A stretch of 61,895 nt of DNA, filler included, from Stramenopiles sp. TOSAG23-3 (lineage: Eukaryota): the NCBI GenBank assembly GCA_900128585.1. It is 5 parts of 5 records of this genome, joined end to end, with 100 filler letters (N's around TTAATTAATTAA, not from the genome) between each part and the next. Parts side by side here need not be neighbours in the genome. Positions count along the whole stretch, not along the records: positions 27,716 to 55,301 come from LT642259.1; 4 more parts are not named here. One strand, written 5' to 3'. This document shows, piece by piece, positions 31,003 through 40,710 of this stretch. A model generated the notes under the pieces. It had not been told where the DNA came from, did not search any database, and saw nothing but the letters and a program-made list of their open reading frames with translations. The position numbers were made by a program, and so were the translations under genes. Each line of letters opens with the position of its first letter. The stretch's first letter is position 1.

Positions 31003-32118
31003 CTAGTGATACATGTTGAGCAGATTGGAAATGCTCGGAGTGACTACATAACGCTGGTCAGAGATCCCGTGATTCTTATACGTGCATTTGTTCAAGTTCA
31101 TATGGACAAATTCACCATGGGTTTTAATACTAGGACCAGGCGTGACATCAAAGATATAATCGCCCAACACTAGCTCCATCTTGCCAGATTTACGAACTCG
31201 TAGGGTCCCGAAATCCCCCGAAGGCAATCGGTTCAAAAACTGGTCGGAGTTCTGAGAGACGGTCGTTGATCCGCGGCCAGTAAACTGAGGGCGCGCAGAC
31301 GGCTCCTTTGAGGAATCTAAGTGACTGTCCGCGCCGATGCCATTACCCGCATCGGTGGCGTCAGAGCCGTTGGCGCTTCCTGCGGAATCTTTGCTCTTGT
31401 CCGAAGCGTTCTCGGCCTTTATGCCCCCGTTGTTCTGAGCAGCACCCCCTGCTTCCAGGCCCCTGCCGCCACGGCGAGACAGCATTGCCTTAACATGGGG
31501 GAGGGGAGGGAATTGAAAGATTAAGTTTGTGTTTTCCGTGATAGTCTGACGACTTCCAAACAGATTTTGCACCGATGCGCCCACGTCCTCATCGAGCCCG
31601 CCATCGTGAGACCGGGGCATCGCCAGGGGCTCAAACTGTGGGAAATCTGTGGCGGGTGGAGGCCACTGCTTACCAGCAGACGCACGCTTCGAAACACTGG
31701 AGTTATACTGCTGCGCCAAACGCAGTTCTTCTTCTTTCACCGCTTTTGTTTTTCTACCAGTAGTTCGTCTCAACTGCGACAAGCTGCTGCTGGAGGAGGA
31801 CGATGATCCCCGGTTGCTGCCCCGGGGCGTGGCGGTGCGGGTACTACTAAAGATCCTTCGGCTGCCAGCACCAGCTCTGGCCACGGTTGGTTTCACCCCA
31901 CCTCGCTGCGTGCTAGGCTTTGTCAAAAATTTCTTCGGTGTATCCCCTTCCTCCGATTTTACAGCCGTAGGGCGTTCAGGAGCATCTGGCGGCGGCGGCG
32001 ACCATCCCTCGGGACGGGCAACTGGGACAGGAACAGGAGATCTTCTCGGCCTCCGTCTACTCGGCCGCGCTTCCGTTTTCGGCTTCTTTGCCGGGCTACT
32101 CTGCGTACGACGAGGCAT
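31003..32118 (-). CDS. POLR3D: RNA polymerase III subunit RPC4 (C53)
   Basis: LIFQFPPLP, then G.FGTLRVRKSGKMELVLGDYIFDV..G..YVVTP characteristic of the Rpc4 domain. Confidence 0.88.
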   Translation of the reverse strand: MPRRTQSSPAKKPKTEARPSRRRPRRSPVPVPVARPEGWSPPPPDAPERPTAVKSEEGDTPKKFLTKPSTQRGGVKPTVARAGAGSRRIFSSTRTATPRGSNRGSSSSSSSSLSQLRRTTGRKTKAVKEEELRLAQQYNSSVSKRASAGKQWPPPATDFPQFEPLAMPRSHDGGLDEDVGASVQNLFGSRQTITENTNLIFQFPPLPHVKAMLSRRGGRGLEAGGAAQNNGGIKAENASDKSKDSAGSANGSDATDAGNGIGADSHLDSSKEPSARPQFTGRGSTTVSQNSDQFLNRLPSGDFGTLRVRKSGKMELVLGDYIFDVTPGPSIKTHGEFVHMNLNKCTYKNHGISDQRYVVTPSISNLLNMYH

Positions 32119-32470
32119 GTACCAGTCACACTATTTAAATTGACTCCCTGCAAACAACAAAACCCGTTCGGCTTAAGGCAAATGGATATATCGTACGTAT
32201 ATATATGTATGTACTTTAATTACTACATAATGTATCTTCTTGATTGAATTATCTCTCTCCCTTAATGCATTTGTATAGGCTAATGAACATCGTTACGCAT
32301 TATAACTATAAACATATATTCATCATAAGATGATGAATTGTGGGCACCATCATCGCATCCACAACAAGAAAGAAAAAAAAAGAGAAGGTTCATCATCTCA
32401 TCTCATCTTTTTTTTTTTTGTGCGAAGAAGAGCGAAGAAGAAGAGAAAAAAGAGAGAAAGAAAGAGTCGA

Positions 32471-32533
<63 letters not shown>

Positions 32534-32562
32534 NNNNNNNNNNNNNNNNNNNNNNNNNNNGA

Positions 32563-32632
<70 letters not shown>

Positions 32633-32640
32633 GAAAGAAG
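32471..32640 (+). repeat. (GAAA)n microsatellite spanning an N gap (32534-32560)
   Basis: Direct reading; explains the spurious KER-rich ORFs here. Confidence 0.95.
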
Positions 32641-33361
32641 AAGAGAAAAGAAGAAAGAAGGACACGAAAAAAGGTTGTTGTTTGTTCTTGTATTATACAA
32701 CACCATCACAGCACCATCCACAGCAGCTATTTAATAATATAGTACAGTAATATCACTATCAGAAGACTAGGACAGAAGAGCTGAAGAATGAAAGAGAACT
32801 ACGAGATGAGATGATCATACAAGGACGTTCATTAAACGCCTGTTGTTAAAATTAAGTATTTATATTATAGTATAAATACTATATTATTATATCACTTCTT
32901 TTTTATAGTATTATTTATATTATATTATTATTTGCAATTATAATTATGACATAAGATATATAAATAAATACCTTACATAAAGAAATTTAATTACACAAAG
33001 CTGTATTGCTACTATCTAATATACGTATTCTAATTATTTTATTAAGTATATATTTGAATGGCCAGACGATTTTCAGTTTTGTTTGATGATGATTACGTTT
33101 TTTCTGTCACAGAACATCGTCATTTCCACAGACAATTAACATACACACAGCACATGACCAGCTAAAAATAATAAGGCTCCTTTTCTTTCTTTTCTATGAG
33201 GCGTTCGTATACATACGTACAATACAATACAATACGCACGAGAGGCATAAAATAGCGTAGCGCGTAGCCGTCCACCAATTTTGTTTAGAACTAAAAGCTA
33301 TGAGCTATGATAGATAATAAATACTACTCCCTCCCTCAACAACAAGGCAAAAAAAAGAAGG

Positions 33362-33400
33362 GCAAAAGCATGGCAAAAGCATGGCAAAAGCATGGCAAGC
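33362..33400 (+). repeat. 11-bp tandem repeat (GGCAAAAGCAT)x3.5
   Basis: Direct reading. Confidence 0.85.
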
Positions 33401-33939
33401 AGAAGGAAAAATAAAAGTCGTCGAAAAAACGCCATTTAATAATTATTTTTAATATTAGAGGAGTCAGATGAGTTTCGTTCCTCCCTCCTACTCTCCTCCT
33501 CCTAGGATTTCCGGATTTCCCATCATCACACATCCCACTTGAAGATGCGATTTTTTTTAATTTTATAGAAGGTGTATACGCCTCGTAGAATAGAAAGAGT
33601 TAAATTGTTTAAAAAATGCAATAAAAAAATGATGGTCATAGTAGCGCGACTATGGATGACCCATCATGGCTCTTCTTCATAATTATTAATATAAAAATAG
33701 TATAGGCTTTATTACTCTCAGGGATTTAATTTTTATTTAATTACTACTACGACAACAAGTAAACGACATTTTTGAGCAAAGGTTTGCTTGGTTCGAGTAT
33801 ACGCAAGCGAAGAAAATCTAAATGGTTATGCTTTGAAGCGACGAGAACAAAGCGATTTAAACCACTGATCACAACGATATTGTTATACAAAATAACAGTA
33901 CCCAGTGTAATTACACCAATTTCTATTTTATTTTTTACA

Positions 33940-36900
33940 ATGCTTCGTCCAGCGCAGAAAACAGGTAAAGGGCTACTTCGAAATGCTGTGGGCGCAGTTC
34001 GTCGTCGGAACTCTTCGACCCTTGCGCCCAAGGGGCAGCGTGGGATTCTTCCAAAATCAAAAACGCAGACTGGGGCCGCGAGTGTTCATGTCGAAAAGGT
34101 TCTTGGTGGGGCTTCCAAATCTGCACCGATGCAGCAGCAAAAGCGGTCCTTTGGGAACATTACGCGCGAGCTCTCAGAGTGGGTTGTCGGCCGGGAGAAG
34201 TTGATCCAGGCGACGCGAAAAATCCTTCCCGTGTTGACAGATCGTGGGCGATTTATTTACGCCGAAGCGTGGGCCATGGACGCAGACAACAGCGGGCTGA
34301 AATGTTACGATACATTTTTCGACGACTCCTTTAAAGCCGTTAAACCATTTGAAGCCGCAGCGTTGGCGATTAAACTTGAGCCCGGCCGTGGCTCGGTGGG
34401 GCGCGTTTACGAGACGTGCGAGGCGGAGACTTTGACCGACTTGAACTTTAAGGGCCGGGCACGCATCAACGCCTCCGAGGGTGCCGGCTTGCAGTCTGGC
34501 CTTGTTGTGCCCTTGCTATCGCAGTCAGGGGAAATCGTGAGCATCTTTCACTTTTACACCCAGGCACAGATGGAAAAAGACGCCAGTGTTGAACAAGATT
34601 TTATACAGATATCACGGCAAATGCTCATGGCCGAAACCGACAAAAATGCAAGGCCAACTCTGATCGAAAACGAAGAAACCAGGGCGTCAAAGTTCAAGAA
34701 CCAGGAGCAAATGAACCAGGTGTACGAGCGAATGCGCGAAATGGGAACCTTTCACGCTTCCCTGGTCTTGGAGAGCGTAGACTGGTTTTACAACCATTTG
34801 GGTTTGCCCACGTCGTACTTCGACCGATTCAAGCCCCTTGAAATTGCGAAGCACGTGTCTGCTTTCACTTCCGCGAAAAGCTTGAACAAGAACAAGCTGG
34901 AAATGACCATTCCCCACGACACCGGTTTTATAGCCATGGCCACGATTGACGAAACAATCGACGATGTGACCGAGATAACAGGCTTTGAGCAAATGGTAGA
35001 CGCCGTGCGAACTCAAACGAAAGACGCCAACAAGTGCTTGTCTTGCTCACGGTTTATTTCCACGGGGAAAGTCGCGCCGTACTCGACAAAGAACCTGGCC
35101 TTCTACATAATCGACGTGGAAGATTACATTGAGCCAAACCCAGAGATCATGGAAGAGAATCTGAAGGTAATAACTTCCGAAGGGTTTCTCCAGCGCAGCA
35201 CGGATGTTTTGGACCGTTACGAAGAAATCGTAAAGAAAAAGCAAGAGAGGCTACGCCCCTACATCCAGAGGTACGCGGATGCCAGCGACGGCTCCGTACC
35301 AATTGTGATTGGCATTCGCTCTGTGACCCAAAGCGATTCTTCCCAGTCCCTCGCCCAGGCCTCCTCTCTACCAACTCTGCGAGATCGTGGCATGAATACG
35401 ATCATCACTGAGATGCTTGGCAAAGAGCTGACCGCAAGACGGAAGTACATGAACACCATGTCGAACGGGCTAGTTTTCTTCAACCTGTACTTGGACCCAG
35501 ATAGTTCTGAAGAACACATCGAAAATTTTTTGCATCGCATTGGTTTGATGACCATATTGCCCCGCAGTGACTTATTGGACATGCTTGTTGACCGGACCCT
35601 ATCCGCCCACGAGTATGCCTATGTTCTCGGCGCGTCCAACTTCGTGTTTTACTTTCTGTCCACAGAGTCGGAAGATTTGTCATTGCTTCGCCAGAGCCTG
35701 GCGAACGACCCCATCAACAAAGGCCGTCTGGACAGGGTCTCTGCAAACATGTCTAGGGAAGCCCTCTCGACGACACGCATCGACGAGACCATTAGGGACT
35801 ACCCGGAGTTGTGCAGAGCGATATTCAAGAACTTTGATGATACACACAATCCTGCTGGGGCGAGAAACGCCCCTTCGTACGATGAAGCGTTGGCTGCGCG
35901 GATAGACAAAGAGGTTTTCGACGATTTTGATCGTAAAATCCTGAAAGGCTTTTTGAATTTCAACGCACACTTGGAAAAAACGAACTTTTACAAGAGAAAG
36001 AAAAGTTCGTTGAGTTACCGATTGAACCCGAAGTTTATGGACGACAACAGCATGTACCCAGAATCACCGTATGGAATACTTATGACAATGTCGAACGAGT
36101 TCCGCGGCTTCCACGTGCGTTTCCGCGAGGTAGCTCGGGGAGGATTGCGTTTAATCCCATCCCGCGACATGGCAGCCTACACTGCTAATCGCGAAAGCAT
36201 GTTTAACGAAGCGTACAACTTGGCGTACACGCAGAACAAAAAGAACAAAGACATCCCAGAATTCGGATCGAAAGGTGTCATTTTGTTGGAAAGGCACTCC
36301 CAGAGCAGTGGCCAGTTTGCATTTTGCAAGTACATTTCCGGTATGTTCGATATTATGCTACCAACCAAGGAAGTGGTAGACCATCATGGGAAAGAAGAGC
36401 TTATCTTTTGTGGCCCAGACGAAGGCACCGCAGACGTCATGGAGTGGGCAGCCAATTACGGGCAGCAGCGCGGATACAAGTACTGGAAGGCTTTCACCAC
36501 TGGAAAACCAAATACAATGGGAGGTATTCCTCACGATACGTACGGCATGACGACCCGATCGGTGCACGAGTACGTTGTGGGTACGCTCGAAAAGCTGGGC
36601 ATCGACGAGTCCTCCGTGAGAAAAATGCAAACTGGGGGCCCAGACGGTGACCTTGGTTCAAATGAGATTTTGATCTCTAAGGACAAGACCATTGGTATCG
36701 TCGATGGGTCCGGCGTACTGATGGATCCCGTTGGGTTGGATCGCCCAGAGCTTGAAAGGCTGGCGACCGAACGTCTTATGGTTGACTCGTTCGATACATC
36801 GAAGTTGTCCGACAACGGTGCTTTGGTGCTTATAACCGACACTGACGTGACGTTGCCAAATGGGGACAAAGTTGACAACGGTCTGACGTTTAGAAACAAT

Positions 36901-37611
36901 TTTCACATGTCCAAGCATGCTCAAGCCGATCTATTCGTTCCGTGCGGTGGAAGGCCGGAATCAATAAATGCCGGCAATGTATCTCAGCTGTTTGACCAGG
37001 AATCTGGTCAGCCTCTGTACAAATACATCATTGAAGGAGCAAATTTGTTCATTACAGAAGACGCCAGGGCAACGCTAGAAGAGGCGGGAGTGATATTGTT
37101 CAAAGATGCATCGACCAACAAAGGTGGGGTAACGTCCTCAAGTTTGGAAGTTCTTGCGGCTTTGTCCATGACTGACGACGAGCACCACGAATTAATGCAG
37201 GTTAAAGGCGAAGTCATTCCTGACTTTTATCAACAGTACGTTGAAGAAGTTACCCAAATTATTGAACACAATGCCCAGCTTGAGTTCGAATGCATTTGGA
37301 ACGAACACGAACGCACCGGCACCAGACGAGCTGTATTGACCGACGAATTGTCCATGAAAATCAACAAGCTTAACGTTAACGTTCAGCAATCTTCACTGTG
37401 GGACAGCGAGAATATTAAACGATCTGTCTTGGAAAAAGCATTTCCCCAGACCCTTCAAAAGAAGCTAGGAGGGCTGGACGTTCTGTTGGAACGACTGCCG
37501 GAAGATTACGTTAAATCCGTTTTCGGTTACTACGTTGCAAGCCGTTACGTATACAAATACGGAATGTCTGGCCAAGAGTTTGCATTCTTCGAATACATGA
37601 ATGAGTATTAA
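33940..37611 (+). CDS. GDH2: Large NAD-specific glutamate dehydrogenase (Gdh2 type) with mitochondrial-type presequence and N-terminal GAF-like domain
   Basis: GFHVRFREVARGGLR, TQ..KNKDIPE.GSKG, GPDEGTA, TGK..GGIPHDTYGMTT, QTGGPDGDLGSNEI, PCGGRP, EGANLF, KDAS.NKGGVTSSSLEV; Arg-rich, acid-free N-terminus from ATG 33940. Confidence 0.95.
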   Translation: MLRPAQKTGKGLLRNAVGAVRRRNSSTLAPKGQRGILPKSKTQTGAASVHVEKVLGGASKSAPMQQQKRSFGNITRELSEWVVGREKLIQATRKILPVLTDRGRFIYAEAWAMDADNSGLKCYDTFFDDSFKAVKPFEAAALAIKLEPGRGSVGRVYETCEAETLTDLNFKGRARINASEGAGLQSGLVVPLLSQSGEIVSIFHFYTQAQMEKDASVEQDFIQISRQMLMAETDKNARPTLIENEETRASKFKNQEQMNQVYERMREMGTFHASLVLESVDWFYNHLGLPTSYFDRFKPLEIAKHVSAFTSAKSLNKNKLEMTIPHDTGFIAMATIDETIDDVTEITGFEQMVDAVRTQTKDANKCLSCSRFISTGKVAPYSTKNLAFYIIDVEDYIEPNPEIMEENLKVITSEGFLQRSTDVLDRYEEIVKKKQERLRPYIQRYADASDGSVPIVIGIRSVTQSDSSQSLAQASSLPTLRDRGMNTIITEMLGKELTARRKYMNTMSNGLVFFNLYLDPDSSEEHIENFLHRIGLMTILPRSDLLDMLVDRTLSAHEYAYVLGASNFVFYFLSTESEDLSLLRQSLANDPINKGRLDRVSANMSREALSTTRIDETIRDYPELCRAIFKNFDDTHNPAGARNAPSYDEALAARIDKEVFDDFDRKILKGFLNFNAHLEKTNFYKRKKSSLSYRLNPKFMDDNSMYPESPYGILMTMSNEFRGFHVRFREVARGGLRLIPSRDMAAYTANRESMFNEAYNLAYTQNKKNKDIPEFGSKGVILLERHSQSSGQFAFCKYISGMFDIMLPTKEVVDHHGKEELIFCGPDEGTADVMEWAANYGQQRGYKYWKAFTTGKPNTMGGIPHDTYGMTTRSVHEYVVGTLEKLGIDESSVRKMQTGGPDGDLGSNEILISKDKTIGIVDGSGVLMDPVGLDRPELERLATERLMVDSFDTSKLSDNGALVLITDTDVTLPNGDKVDNGLTFRNNFHMSKHAQADLFVPCGGRPESINAGNVSQLFDQESGQPLYKYIIEGANLFITEDARATLEEAGVILFKDASTNKGGVTSSSLEVLAALSMTDDEHHELMQVKGEVIPDFYQQYVEEVTQIIEHNAQLEFECIWNEHERTGTRRAVLTDELSMKINKLNVNVQQSSLWDSENIKRSVLEKAFPQTLQKKLGGLDVLLERLPEDYVKSVFGYYVASRYVYKYGMSGQEFAFFEYMNEY

Positions 37612-37745
37612 GAAATAAAAAGCTAAAATTAAATGTACTGCGAACTGAACAAAAGTATTTTTGATTATTATGTCATACTTAAACAAGAAAATTTCAAATT
37701 TCAATTCTTCGATGCAATTGTGTACAAAATAAATTTGTTTCCACG

Positions 37746-38924
37746 TTAACTGAACATTCTTGAATATTTCGGTTTCGCCCTCGACTTAATATTGGCAACA
37801 ATATTTATTCTTTTCATTCGTGGTGATGGCCTCCAACTAGAATATTGCTTGGACCTCTGCCTAACTTTGGAAATGTAACCGGACGACTGTGGCCGCCGAG
37901 GTTGAGAGTTTGCAAAGAGCGAACCCATGTCTCTATTCTCTATGCCCCGGTGGTTTTTGGCACGGTAATAATTACGTTTAATCGGGGCCGTAAATGGTCT
38001 AAGCGTACTTACCTTTGTGTGGGACGAAAAAAAGCTGGTGGGGACATCGGTGTGGGATGAATCTTGCTGACCGTTCCTTTGTGGGTTTGCCCGATTGCTT
38101 TTTAGCACTGCGCCACTTTCTGGCGTCGACCTCAGAAAATTGCTTTTATATTGTTTCTGTGCACCAAAGTAGAGCCAAAGCATTGTACTGTACAGGATTT
38201 GGTCATCTCTTAAAGGTTTGTCTGTGAAACTTCTCTGCATACTACTGGCAATAATTTGAGAGAAGAGTAACGGCTCCTGTCGACCAGAAGACTGCAATAT
38301 CTCCTCCTTATGTTTTGAGTACGTCTCACTCAGAAACGCGATAAAGGCGCTCAACTCTTTATTTGTCAACCCAAGGCTCAGCCTCTCTGTTGCAATCTTA
38401 AACTCTTTCCTGCTCACCCAACCCTTTTTCCCTCGATCCAATCCCATGAATACTTTTCTGACATTATGGTAGGACCATTTGTGTAAAACCAATGCATCTT
38501 TAACAAACGATGCAACTCGGTCCCCGTCAGCGGATGAGCTTTTATTGTTGTCACATGGTTCCTCCGTGGGCCCTGCAGTTGTATGTTCCAACCGTCCATT
38601 ATAGGAAGAGCCGCGCATTACACGCACAACTCCCCCCCCCCGTTTGTTCGCTGGAGCGACGGTTTTCCTTCGAATCAGGGAAGGCTTTTTAGGGTTAGGG
38701 AATTCATGTTTGTCAAATTGACGCGGCACTTGGCTTTCTTTCGGAGTCTCTATAGGTGCGGTATGGTTTGCAAAATTTGGAAAATCGAAAAGGTGGTGTG
38801 ATAATGACACCCCCTCGCGAAAGAACGTATCTACAGTTGCCTTAAGCAAGTCATCAAAATACACAATATTCTCTTCAGAAATTACCGCACTCACTGGATC
38901 CTCAACATGATTGTTTTCTTCCAT
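37746..38924 (-). CDS. Hypothetical protein with one EF-hand-like motif
   Basis: VRKVFMGLDRGKKGWVSRKEF..LGLTNKEL; low-complexity basic tail with RPFTAP/RPQSS motifs. Confidence 0.65.
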   Translation of the reverse strand: MEENNHVEDPVSAVISEENIVYFDDLLKATVDTFFREGVSLSHHLFDFPNFANHTAPIETPKESQVPRQFDKHEFPNPKKPSLIRRKTVAPANKRGGGVVRVMRGSSYNGRLEHTTAGPTEEPCDNNKSSSADGDRVASFVKDALVLHKWSYHNVRKVFMGLDRGKKGWVSRKEFKIATERLSLGLTNKELSAFIAFLSETYSKHKEEILQSSGRQEPLLFSQIIASSMQRSFTDKPLRDDQILYSTMLWLYFGAQKQYKSNFLRSTPESGAVLKSNRANPQRNGQQDSSHTDVPTSFFSSHTKVSTLRPFTAPIKRNYYRAKNHRGIENRDMGSLFANSQPRRPQSSGYISKVRQRSKQYSSWRPSPRMKRINIVANIKSRAKPKYSRMFS

Positions 38925-40208
38925 AATACTTTCCAGTTCTAAGTAATGGGTATTCTGTATACAATTGTCAGCAGCTATTTACATTCACCCTTTATACTTT
39001 TCGACTTGACTTGCAAATAAATAGCAAACAGTTGCGATTTGAAGTGAAGGATACGAACCAAATGAACTGATATATGAGAATTGAGAATTGTGATAATTGC
39101 GACATGCAGATTGAGAATCTAGGGGTTTTTTTTGTTGAGAAAAAAAAAAGAAAGAAGATCGTCGATTTTTTAATAATAATAAATATTTGATGATGGATGA
39201 TGTTTTTATAGCGTTATAGTTACCCTCGCTCCTCCTCCTCTTCCTCTTCCTCGTAGTTGTTGTTGTGTTTTCAAAAAATAAAAAATAGAAAAACAATTAT
39301 TACTATTGGTTCCAATAAAACAAGTACGAATATTTCATATTCAATTTTAATTATAAGTGAGTGAATTTAGGTCTATGATATGGTGTGTTGTTTCTTCATT
39401 CACTTTGATGAAACGCTTTAGTCCATTTAGTACCATTTTTTTTGCATTCAGTATTCAGTTCAACGCAAATTAGAACAAAACCGGAAACTTCTGTATTGTT
39501 CTCAATTACAACTATACAATAACGTATACTATAATATTCAAAATATCCTATATATATTATTATGAAACTACGACAAGAAGCAAGGCTTCCTCCCTCCTTC
39601 CTCCTTCCTCCTTCCTCCTTCCCTCCCAGCAAATTGATAAAACAAGTAACTCAATGGTTATAAAATAATTTAAAAGGAATCCGTACGCTTCGATCGTAGA
39701 CCTACTATTATATTGACAATAATATGCTTATTCTATAATTAATTGGCCAACAATATTACTACTTACTGTACAGCTATATAAAATAATAAATATTAATAAA
39801 TAACGAACCAAAAAGAAAAAATAATTAATAATAAAAAAAAAGAAAAAGACTTCATCCTCCCTCCTGCATATTCCTATATTATATTTAATATAAATAATAT
39901 TATAGTAGAAGAAGAAGAATGAAAAATTATACGAGATAGATAGTAGTAGCATTAATAGAAGAAGAGAAAAAAAAAGGGGAAAAAATTGTTGTTTTGTTTG
40001 GATGAGATGTAAATAATTAAACAGAGAAAACAGATTGTATTCGACAAAGTGAGCAAATGAGTGAAGAAGGAACGGAAGGTGCTACTTAGACATTTTTTTT
40101 AAATCGAAAGCGTAAATATCGATCACGTGAACACGTATTTATTACACAATTAAGGACAGGAGTTTATCCCCCCCCCCCCCCGATAGTTTAATTCTGCGAA
40201 GCGTTAGG

Positions 40209-40481
40209 ATGAGTCGGAAATTTTTAGAGGCGCCGTCGCAGGTTCCAAGCTTGAAAATGCTGCAACGGTTTGCGAAACGGAAAGGTCGCCGGCATTTAAG
40301 TTGCGCTGCTGAACTTGATACTGTTATGATGTGCATGTCCCAAGGTGAAAATAGGCAGAAATGTAGGGATGTAATTAAAGATTTGAAAGTATGTTTGGGT
40401 CAACAGCCTACGTCGAAAGGTCACAAACCGACAATAAACTATCACTTGCATCGTTTAGCTCGGAGTAAGTTTAAACGTTAA
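40209..40481 (+). CDS. Mitochondrial ribosomal protein mS37 (Mrp10/CHCHD1-like)
   Basis: Twin CX9C (CAAELDTVMMC, CRDVIKDLKVC) and C-terminal TINYHLHRL as in fungal Mrp10. Confidence 0.8.
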   Translation: MSRKFLEAPSQVPSLKMLQRFAKRKGRRHLSCAAELDTVMMCMSQGENRQKCRDVIKDLKVCLGQQPTSKGHKPTINYHLHRLARSKFKR

Positions 40482-40710
40482 TGGCCCTAGCTACGTATGG
40501 TCGCACGTGGTGCACATACAATTTTACGCGATAGGCAATGCTGTCTTCGCACACGAAACCTGCTAGCTCGACTGAAATGCAAATTTAAACTAGATTTTGG
40601 GAAAATAAAATTAATTAAAACTCTTACCCGCGCCCCCCTCGCACCTTTTCAAAAGTGTCACACGGCTTCTTTTTCAAGCGTTAGCACCCTCACCGCGCGC
40701 CTGGTGGCGC

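Noticed and set aside
32330..32750. Lys/Glu/Arg-rich and Phe/Leu/Ser-rich ORFs
   Set aside because: Translations of the (GAAA)n microsatellite across an N gap.
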